NCBI GenBank assembly: GCA_965178125.1
Contig: OZ237757.1
Coordinates: 248,001 to 312,000, forward strand
Direction: 5' to 3'
Length of the DNA: 64,000 nt
From: Bilabrum cf. latius
Lineage: Eukaryota
Below, one piece after another: positions 34,994 through 44,516 of the stretch (within the stretch, counting starts at the first letter, position 1; the number at the start of each line of letters is the position of its first letter). Made by a program: the position numbers and the translations under genes. Under the pieces are notes generated by a model. It was not told the origin of the DNA. It saw only the letters and a list, made by a program, of their open reading frames with translations, and did not search any database.

Positions 34994-37777
34994 TCACGCT
35001 CGCAGCTGCTACATGTACTCCCTGAATTCCTCCGACTCTGCGTATCCCCACCCCAGCGCAGACCCAAGCGCTCCAGCGCTGCCAGAGCCCTCCGATTCTG
35101 CTCGGCCAGTCGCTCGCCCAGTGTCGAGCACGGTGCTGGCCATGAGGATGCATGAGGCGAGGCAAACTGACCTAGCCGATGCAGCGCTGCGCTCCATGGT
35201 GGACATCGCGGGACGCGAAGAGTCCGGGGTGGAACTTTCTGGTGGTGTTTCTTTCACCGGAAGCAGCCCTTCCGACGACGCTGCTGCGCCTTCCGCCTAG
35301 CCCCCTCCTGCTTCACCTCTCTCCAAGTCCTTCAAATGAATTTTCAGACAGCCCACCGCTATGTCCTTCAAGAGGATCCAAGCCTTCGATGCAACCGGCC
35401 ACGGCTGGATAGAGTACGGGTCGGGCAGGCGACCCCCGCTACTACTGGCCTCAACCATGACCCGGAACGGCGCAAGCAGGCTGGACATCTCCATCGATTC
35501 TGAATCGCCGCCCGGGGTTTCACGCTCTTCTGCGCGCTCTACAGGCGTTGAGGCAGCGCCTGGTCGTAAGGCCTCGGCCAGATTTCCCCCGCGAATATAC
35601 TCCATTGCTGCCCGCAAGCAGCCGGCAGCTGCCGCTGGTGACCTGGCCAGGCACGGGATCTCGATGTCTGCCTCCACCACCACCACAGCCTAGGGCTCTG
35701 CTTGACCAGCGGTGGAAGGCACATGCACAGGCGCAGCTTTCGTGGGACGGGTGCGGCACAGGCAACCGACCGTGCCTAGAGCTCGCACTGCTGCCGCTGC
35801 ATCGGCACTTCTCATGGCGGGCAGGCTCACGCTGACCGGACATGTCTCCCATGCCAGGTGCACTGCACGGCTGGGCAGCTGAGCAGACCCATCAATATCT
35901 CCTGCAGCACTAGCAGCGGCCGAGGCTGGGGCGTTGTTGGATCCTGTCGCCCGAAGCGAGGTTCCATGAACTTCCCCGAGCCACCCCCTTGTGTCGCCTG
36001 GTACAAACCCATAGGTGTCAAGCAGTTCTGTCGTTGACCTCTCACCGTAGGACAGGCACAGCTCTCTAGCAGATTCGGATGCACGCGAAGGGTGGGAGGA
36101 TGCGGCTGCTTCCGATCCCGAGGCTGCACCAGACGCTAAACCACTGCTTCCAGATACAGATGGGCCGGGGCCACTAGTAGTACCACCACGGTTTGACCGA
36201 GTAGAGCACACGTACCAGGGCCCGTCTTCCACCACATCATGCCATGTGTCAGACATGAGCTGGACCTGCTCCCACGAAATTCTGTCTGCACCTGCTTCGC
36301 TGGACTGTGTGGATGTGCATCCAGCCAATTCGCCCTCACCGGGGATGGGTCCCGGGACCGCCGCCTCCCCAGCACCGCCCAGGGGAGGAGCATCGCTATC
36401 ATCCATCGGACCACCGGCGAGCATATCGTCCAGCCAGCCGCCATCGTCATCCTCATCCTCAACCTCGTCGTCCCCTTCCCCCGGACCGCAGTCGTCGCCT
36501 CCCTCTCCCGACCCCGGTGCCTCTCCATCAGCCAGGCCCCCAGCTAGCATGTCATCGAGCCACCCATCGCCATCGTCACCTGCTTCATCTGCGTCACCAT
36601 CGGTACCGCCTTCGGCCACATCGGGCGCGCTTGCTTTGCAACCACCGGATGCCCTCTTGTCCAATGAATCCACGGGCCGAAGCACCCAATCACCCACCAC
36701 CTCGATCGCGTTCGTCACACCGTCACCAGCACTCCCAAATGCATCTGCATGGTTCAGCATGTCCATGCAGGGAACAAGCGCAAGGTCGAGACCTCGGTAC
36801 CGTGGCCATTGGCAGGTCGGGCCATTGGGGGAGGAGGCCTCGGCAGCCGCCGCACCGCTGCTGGCACGCTGCTCGTCGGCTCGCCTTGCCCATCGCCCCC
36901 GCCTACTTGTTGTCCTAAGGACTGCTCTCGACCGGACGCAAGCCACGGCCCACAGCCACGCAGTAGCAATGTCTTGGAGCCGGCTAGGATCACCACTGGC
37001 CTCACCCGGCGACGGGCCGCCGTCTGGTGGCGCACGATCGATCGCGGGGAAATCATCTGCACGAAGATCAACAATCGAAACGAATCGCACGAGATCGCGC
37101 ATGCTCTATATCTGTGAATCTGCGGGCTGGCCGGGCGACACACTGACGGTCATGCTCGCTTGCGAGCGCCAAGCACTTGCCCCTGCAGCCTAGAGGCCCA
37201 CGGCTTCGTCTTGCATGCCAGCAAGAAACACTCTCGCGGGCCCGCTCCTCCTGACAGCCAGAATGGCCTGAGTCTGCATGTCATGCACCGTGGGCAAGGC
37301 AGCAAGCCATTCTTTCATTTTTTCAGCGAACTCAGATACGCGTGATTCACTGGTCGTTCTTCTTGCATCCCAGAATTGCCCTGGCAGGCGCGCCAGAGTC
37401 TTAATGGACAGACTGCTAAGATCAATGTTTCCACGCATACCGCTATGTTCGTGCTGTGCTTCCCTGGCTGAGTCCAGTGGAACAGGAACAGCGGCAGCTT
37501 TGCACAACAGCAGCAAGGCCCCCGCAAGCAAGTCCTCCGGGCTGAGAGTCATGAGCTGCGGACACTGCATATCTGTGCCTCGTGATTTCCAAGCATGGTT
37601 GGCAATTATACCAATAGCAGCATCCAGTGAGAGGGTAGAGTTCGGGGGGCACTGCAACAAGTTCGATTCGCCTGGGGGCGAGCGAGCGAGCACTCCTCTC
37701 TGCCCGAGTCGGTTGAACCCAATGTATGCTCCATCCAGCACTACCCCTTTTCTCCTGCGAAGCCACGAGAAACTCAT
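34994..37777 (-). CDS. SET-domain lysine methyltransferase (Rubisco-LSMT/SETD3-6-like), ~927 aa
   Basis: FSWLRRRKGV...GQRGVLA, WLWAVACVRSRA, LALVPCMDMLNHA, ELCLSYGERSTTELLDTYGFV. In frame via TAG at 37190, 37106, 35690, 35297 and 35009; ends TGA. Start 37777 preferred because 37855 abuts the divergent gene. Confidence 0.82.
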
Positions 37778-37866
37778 TTTGAGTGGGATGGGCACGATGG
37801 ACTTTCCGTCGCTGCACTCATCACACGATTTTAAATATCGCGCTCTGCAGGACATTTCAAGACAGT

Positions 37867-39627
37867 ATGCTCTTCAAATGCTCTGGGCCGACGTGTTGCA
37901 TTGTGACGGCTGGGTTGATTGCGGTTTTAGGCGCGTTGGTTGCCTAGTATCCGCTGCACTCGGCTGGCATACTCTTCCGAGCGCACCTTGCCGGACATCG
38001 AACATTTACGTCAAACGATGCGCTGGAACTTCGCCAATCCTATGCCAGGCTGCTCCCGTTTTCATAGCATACGACACTTATGGAGGGAATCCGGGCGTCG
38101 CGTGCTATTCGGCTCGGTATGGACGGGGCACTGAATCAATCCGCTGATAGCTACGACATGATCCCATCAGAGCTCCAAGGCGTCGTATCGGTACGAGTCT
38201 TGTCGATTCTGCCGTCTCAGCAGGATGTCTTGTCGAGAGGTGGGCTGGGTTCGGATGGATTGGACGCGGATGGCGCCCCGGCTGATGCCAACGAAGTCGT
38301 GGCTGCTGATGCCCAGCTCGACAAGAACGAAGCTGATCTGAGCGTGCTCCTCCCAGAAAAAGACGACCTGGCCTTGACTCCGTTTTAGGCGCCACTGCCT
38401 CACGTGCGCTGGGTCGACCCGCGGGCGAGCTCCACCGTGGAGTAGAGGAGCAAGCAGCTGCTCGGCGAGAAGGCTCGCTCTGCCGCGCCGAGCAGCTGCT
38501 CTGGCCGGTCGGTCATCTATCACATCCACGGCGGGGGGCACCACATCGGCGGCTCTGGTACAGAGGACGGCAGGCTGGCCCACCTCGCCAACTCCACGGG
38601 CTTGCCTATCGCCGCTGTGAGCTACCGCCTGTCCCCCGAGGTGCGATTCCCCGCCCATTTCGAAGACGTTGTCAGGGGCCTGGCTTGGCTGGGCAGGTCG
38701 GGCAGGTCACTGGGAGTGGACGAGCGATGCGTGGTGCTGATGGGCGATTCCGCAGGCGGACAGCTGGCGGCCAGCCTGGCCCTGTACCTCCGGCACACCA
38801 AGGGCGCCCTGCCCCAGACGGAGCAGGAGGCCTCCCACGGTCTGCCCCCACTGCGGGCGAGGGCGATCGCACAGGTCCTTGTGTACCCCCTCGTGGACAC
38901 CGCGGTCCACATCCTGGGGCCACAGGGGCCCACACCCTCGGCTGCATCTTCATCTGCATCTTCATCTTCGTCCACCCGTGACTACCCCTCCATCGACCAT
39001 CCCTGGGCTGACTGGAGGCCCGTGCTGCCCGCCAGCCTCATGCGGTCATTCGGCCTCGGCTCGCTGCCCAGGGGAGCACTGCCCGGGAACAGGAGGGGCA
39101 GGGTGGGGTACGGCGTGGCGGGGCGGGAGGGGGGCACCGGCGAGGAGCCGGGCTTGCTCGAGCGGATTCAGAGGGTGCTGACTCGGGTGTGGACGGGCGC
39201 GGCGGGGCCCCTGGACCGGATCGAGGCGCTCGGCCATTAGCATGGATACTACGGGAGCTCTTCGGGGGTGCAGCGCATTGCGGCGCAGGAGCTGCCCCTG
39301 GAGGCGCAGGAGGCGCTCAACGACTGGAGGCTGTGTCCCATGGCTGCTCGGTCGCTGGCCAACCTGCCCCCAGCCCTGGTGGTGACGGCTGGCTGGGACC
39401 CGCTCTGCGACGAGGGCAAGGCCTACTGCAGCGAGTTGAAGAAGGCAGAGGGTGGAGAGGGTGCCCCCGGGGTTTCGACTCGCTGCATCCACTTTGACGA
39501 CGCGTTCCACGGCTACTACGGGTTCCGGAGCCCCGCGATGCCGGCCAGCTTTCGAGCAGCTACCGAGAGCACCGATGCTAGCATCCTGGAGCTATTTCGC
39601 GATGTTGGGGCGGTGGGATCGGGTTGA
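37867..39627 (+). CDS. HSL-family (family IV) alpha/beta hydrolase with N-terminal signal/anchor, ~586 aa
   Basis: IHGGG, SYRLSPE..FPA, GDSAGG nucleophile, DPLCDEG and HGY catalytic motifs; 5 in-frame TAG; ends TGA. Confidence 0.88.
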
Positions 39628-39853
39628 GATTGTGGGCGCCTTCCAAACTATTGGACAAGGGCTTGCGTATGTGGCGCGCGGCCGTCGCTGTGGTGTGAGA
39701 CAGCGGCTATCATTGCAGCCAGCGAAGAGCGGGGACAAAATACGGGAAACTATATGATTTGCACATCAATACGCCAAATTAATTTAGTTGCTGTGCATGA
39801 TGCACTTCCGCACGTGACCTAGTCGGCCGGTGCCAATCACGTGCCAGTCAGTG

Positions 39854-40488
39854 TCACTGCCTGTACATGTCTTCAAACTTCTTGTCTGCTGCTGTAGAGC
39901 CCTGCACTTTTCGCTTGGAGACGCTAAATACTGAAATATCTCCCCTATCTGTGCCTCTCCCATTCGACTTCCCTAGCTGGGACTTGATCCATTCGTCCTG
40001 GCTGGCATGCTCAGTGCGGACGGGGTTGGCTCTCTCGTTCTTGTCCCATGCTACTTCTGGGTTATACATTAAAGAACGCCCACCGTTATAGACTGCCCAA
40101 CCTACTGCAAAAGCAATTGCTCCAATAATTGGCCACGTCTGCGAGAATACAAGCTGGTAAAGCGGCGTGATGTGCTGGCATCGGACATCCTTGATGGGCA
40201 CCTGATTCGCGGGACGGAAAACTGGAAGACATCCTGCAATTCTACACATGGTGTTCCCTGGTTATTCTTCTGGCTAAAACCGACATGTAGTAATGCTCAT
40301 GCTTATCACGTATGTCCCTACAAGGACAGCTTGCACGCTACAGTCAGCCCAAAGGTTAGCACTTGCAGTTGGCTCCGAGAGGTACCCCTTTTTGCCCTCA
40401 CATCCTTTTTCATCGTCCAAATGGCTCGCTCATTCGGAATAGCTTGGCGACCACGACCTACAGCACGAACAACTCGAGAGACTCGCAT
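39854..40488 (-). CDS. NDUFA4/B12D-like small mitochondrial membrane protein, ~123 aa (exons 40402-40488, 39854-40138)
   Basis: TWPIIGAIAFAVGWAVYNGGRSLMYNPEVAWDKNERA resembles the B12D/NDUFA4 motif; Arg-rich N-terminus MRVSRVVRAV; GTGAGG...TCGCAG intron 40139-40401; ends TGA. Confidence 0.65.
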
Positions 40489-40847
40489 GTTTGCCAGAAA
40501 GGTTGCTTAGATTGTGGCGGATGGATCCCAGGATGCATTGTCAGCTGCTTCACTCGTCACTCGCCAGTGGCCGGCAATCCCGGCGAGTGACGAGTGAAAC
40601 AGCCGACAGGGATTGCTGTTGTTCATCATAGCTGCTACCGTTCGACCGGAATTGATTTTGAAGCTACCGCTACGGCGAATATGCAGCAGACTGTGCCATG
40701 CGAGGCCATCCCAATGGGGGGGAGGGTTCCGACACAGGAGCCCACGGGCAAGACTTGCGCCAAGTGGATGGGTGTGGCCAAAGCAGAAACACGTCCCGGG
40801 AATCGAACAAAAGCAAGCGTATACACACGCATGAGCATCCATGCATT

Positions 40848-42649
40848 TCAGCCGCATGACCCAGGCGAGTCCATCTGGGGGAACACAACGAACACCACCG
40901 TCCTGGGCTCGATCAGCAGGGGAGTGCTCGGGTCAGTGACCACCCTTGGCTTCATCTCGGGAAGCGACCCGCTTCCCTTGACGTACTAGAGCACTTGTCC
41001 GTTGAGTGCCACTCGTCTGGAGAACACGTCCTCCCCCTCGGGTGGGGTGAGCACGTACTCCATGCGAGGCACCATGCTTCCAGCCCCCAGCTACGACGAC
41101 GATGGCGTCACTTCCACGTCCATGGTCGAGTTCTGGTCTCCGCCGATGTTTACGGCCAGCATAGACACGCCCGAGGGGGCCGACTCGGAGCTGAATAAGG
41201 TGTGACGAGTGAGGCCCAGCCTGGCTGCCTCTTGCATGGCTGGCTTGGCCGGGCAGTGGGCGAACGCGTACATGTCTCCGGCGTGCGGGTCCGGCCCTAC
41301 CTTCAGAGCTTCCTTCTCCTCCTCATTGTCCTGGTTGTTGCCTTCGCCTCCGGTGTGCTGCCTGGCATCAGTGACCAGCGAGCGTGTACCGAGCAGCTGC
41401 TTCCAGAGCCGGTACAGGTAGTAGTCCGGGTTGGGAGTGATGGTCGTCTTGTCGATGATCTCGTAGTAACCGCCGATGAGCGTCTGCCTGCACTGCGCCG
41501 CGTGGGGCACCTGCCCAGCGTACTGCCCCAGCTGCACGGTCGCCCACATGCTCGAGATGAACGCATTCGTCACGTTGTCCCGGCCGCTGTGCCAAGCCGC
41601 TGCTGTCTCGCCCACCCACATGTCGAGGTTGGGAAACACAGAGTGCGCCGCCTCTGATATTTCCTGTCCGTTCACCTTGATGGGGTTAAACCACGACTCA
41701 TGCTGCATCTTCTCTCCCAGGTTGGGATCCAGCCCGTAACCTGCCGGTGCCAGTGTGAGTGAGGGGCGATACCAGAAAGCATGATAAGGAGATGGCGACC
41801 GGACGATAAGATTGAAACGCATCAGCAGCTGCAGAGCTGCAGCGCAGGACGGCAGGAATGCCATTGGTGCACGCAGTGCCAGCGAGGGACTCGGAGGGGG
41901 CAGCCAATCTCACCTGTGTACTGGTGCCATGTCAGCCCGTCGATCGTGTCTGCCTTAATCGCAGAGTCTGAAAGCACAGCCTTTACGTACTCGGGGTCGG
42001 GATTCTCGTCCGGTGCCACCAGCTTGGGGCGCTTGCTCGCATCGGGCCAGCTGTTGTCGAGCATCTGCCTCACCAAGGCGAGGTCCGCGGCGTACTGCGG
42101 CGCATCGATCTTGTGTTCGAGCTCGTTTCCGAACTAGAACCCGTACAAGCCATCCTGGTTGATGTGCTACGATGTGTATTGGAACATCTGCTCAACCTGG
42201 GACGCGTTGAACCGGGACGAGGAGCTGTTTCGACCGTACATCGCGTTCAACCCAAACGATATCCTGGCGCCGGTCGTCGCTCCGAAGTCCGTCATCTCCT
42301 GCCAGCGATCAGCAGTCAAGCAAAAGTTACCGACGTGAGGAACGGGCTCGCACTCAATGCCAGGCTCAAGGGCATACACGGTGATATCCTCCTCAGACCC
42401 GCCAATCCGCAGCACAGCCGGGGCCAGCTGGCTCGTGAGGAAGACCAGGTCCGGGTCCTTGAAATCGACTCCATTGATTGCGCTCGAGTTTACCCATGCG
42501 GGGTACTCCTCGGACTTGTCGTGGACGTCAAGATTGAAGCTGACGTACTCTGGGAGGGTTTCGTGCTGGAATGATCCGACTGTTACGGTGGTCTTTATCT
42601 GGCTTGCAGCCGCGATACAGCTCAGCAATGGCAAGAAAGCAGAGCGCAT
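40848..42649 (-). CDS. Glycoside hydrolase family 79 (heparanase-like beta-glucuronidase), secreted, ~542 aa (exons 41914-42649, 40848-41740)
   Basis: Signal peptide, LAPAVLRIGGS, FGLNAMYGR, GF*FGNELE (acid/base Glu), TWHQY, WVGETA (nucleophile), RQTLIGGYY, PNPDYY; 4 in-frame TAG; ends TGA. Confidence 0.9.
41741..41913 (-). other. Spliceosomal intron (173 nt, phase 1)
   Basis: GTGAGA donor, CGGCAG acceptor; removal gives TWHQYTGYGLDPNL and fixes the frame change. Confidence 0.8.
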
Positions 42650-42818
42650 TGGAAACAACAGTCAGGATTTTTGTGGGGAAGGACTGCCCGTCTCTTCGTA
42701 CGGAAACATCGTATCCTCGATCTTCGGTTTTCTTTGGTGGATTTTAACACCTTACCGTTAGCCGATCGAGGCCAGTGAAACAGGCAGAGCTGTGGATAGA
42801 GTCAACAGTTTCCCACAT

Positions 42819-44147
42819 TTACAGCTAGTTATTCTTATCCCTAAAGCCAGACGCCCCCCGCTGCACGGACCCGGCGCCCTCCACACCATCAAACCCGCTG
42901 CTGGGGCCCCTGCGCACGCCCCCCCCTTCCTCGCCGGCATCCCCCCCCGTCGCACCGTAGGAGCCCCCCGCCGCGCCGCCAGTCCTCGGTGACCTGTACC
43001 TCGACTGCAGCCCGTCCCGCCTCTGTCGCGCCCCGCTTCCACTGCCCCCACCGCTGTCGCCACCGTCTGCCCCCGCACCGCTGGCGGCCGGTGGCCTCCA
43101 GCAGTACAGGGCGTATGCCAAGTAGGCCCCGCTGATGGCCAGACACGCCAGGTACATCCATGCCGCTGACTTGGTACTGCTAGCTGCGGCCTGCTTATCG
43201 CCCGGAATCACAATGTACGGGTAGTCGTTCCCAAAGGCGGTGCCGAGTGCGAACAGGAAGATGGTCCCAACGAACGAGAGCACAGCGCAGAAGATGGCGC
43301 ACGAGAGGCAGGGGGCCTGCTTGCGGGTCTGCTCCGCGCCCCCTGCCTGGGCCAGGGGGACGTTGGCGTCGTAGCTGTCGATGGTCTGCATCTAGTTGCG
43401 GTTTCGGCGGCTGGCGCCGTTGCCTTGCTGCTGGTGTGACGAGTGAGGTCCTTCGATGTCCGAGTCCTTTTCGCGGCCCGGTTCCGAGTCTCTCCGCCAG
43501 AGAGATCCGAAATTGAGCAAGTTCACTGGCGGTTGGCCACCCTGCTGCTGCTGCTGCTGCTGCTGCTGGGAGTTGGCAGCTGCGTCTGTTCTGTCGGATC
43601 GGGTGTCCGATCCGCTGCTTCCTTGGCTTCGCCTCTTCTGCTTGGCTGCTTGCAGCCGTCTCGCTCTGTGGTACTGCGATCGATGCGATGTGGGGTCGTC
43701 TTCAGCAATCAGGCCGGGTGGCTTGACAACTACCTGGGATTTGGGTTGGTAGCGCTGCTAGTACGCCTGTGTTTCCTGGGGTCCTGAGACTGCGCCGAGC
43801 TCAGCAGCGATAGCCTCTGCCTCTGCTCGGTCTCTCAGAGATGTAGAAGCTCCGAGGGCGCCACCGTCAAATTCTAGCCCTCTAGAGGGTTTGTGCTGCG
43901 TGGCAACTCCTCCGTATCGAGTTGGCGTGCGGGTATTGGCAGCAGTTGCTCCAGATAGAGTGCCGTTGGCTCTCCGTTCGGAAGACCTGCATGCAGATCA
44001 AAGTACCGTGCCACACAAAATCGCGATTATATCTCATCTTGCGGCTGTGTAGCAAGGTACGCATCAATCCATCATGTGCTAGAATATGAAGGGAGCTTAC
44101 CTGACAAGACGTGTGCTCGAGACGGGACGTTGTCCCTCTCTATCCAT
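42819..44147 (-). CDS. Two-TM protein resembling RNASEK / V-ATPase subunit f, with long disordered N-terminus, ~404 aa (intron 43987-44100)
   Basis: CAIFCAVLSFVGTIFLFALG ... AAWMYLACLAIS resembles the RNASEK TM hairpin. Frame open upstream through TAG at 43392 and 43758 to a GTAAGC...ATGCAG intron; ends TAG-CTG-TAA. Confidence 0.55.
43542..43568 (-). repeat. (CAG)9 poly-Gln microsatellite
   Basis: (CTG)9 on the plus strand, in frame with the RNASEK-like gene. Confidence 0.9.
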
Positions 44148-44516
44148 ACGCTGGTTAATAACCAAGCAAAAAGCCTTCCACGAGCGGGACGGCTTTGCTT
44201 TGGTGGCGTACTGAGTGCAAATGAGAGTAATTCGTATTTGCTGTCTCCTTGGCAGTAGCGTGGGGTTTGGATTTGTGGCGTGATCTTTTGGCAGAGGTTC
44301 AATTAAACCAGACGATCCAAGGCCCACGGACTTTATTTGCGGCCGACGCGGCCATCAACTGATAATTATAGTATTTAGCGTCGATTTATCGGCATATTTA
44401 ATTGTCAACGTCTAGTAGGGCCGTTGAAGCAGTCCGAAGGGACCGGGAGCCCGAGTGATCGACCTTCCATTTGAGGGGATAGCGTCGGGCTCGGTTTATT
44501 TGCAGACTCGGTCGCC

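Noticed and set aside
42125-42140. TAG = Glu, Trp (A-to-I editing), Leu or pyrrolysine
   Set aside because: GH79 GF*FGNE and CCT VE*R would tolerate Glu, but B56 HFQVAER, the SNARE zero layer, cyclase PxQVV and the CAG-run contexts all point to Gln. None fits Trp, Leu or Pyl.
44447-44492. GAGCCCGA...TCGGGCTC inverted repeat upstream of the B56 gene
   Set aside because: Only 8 bp in GC-rich DNA with no other support; may be chance.
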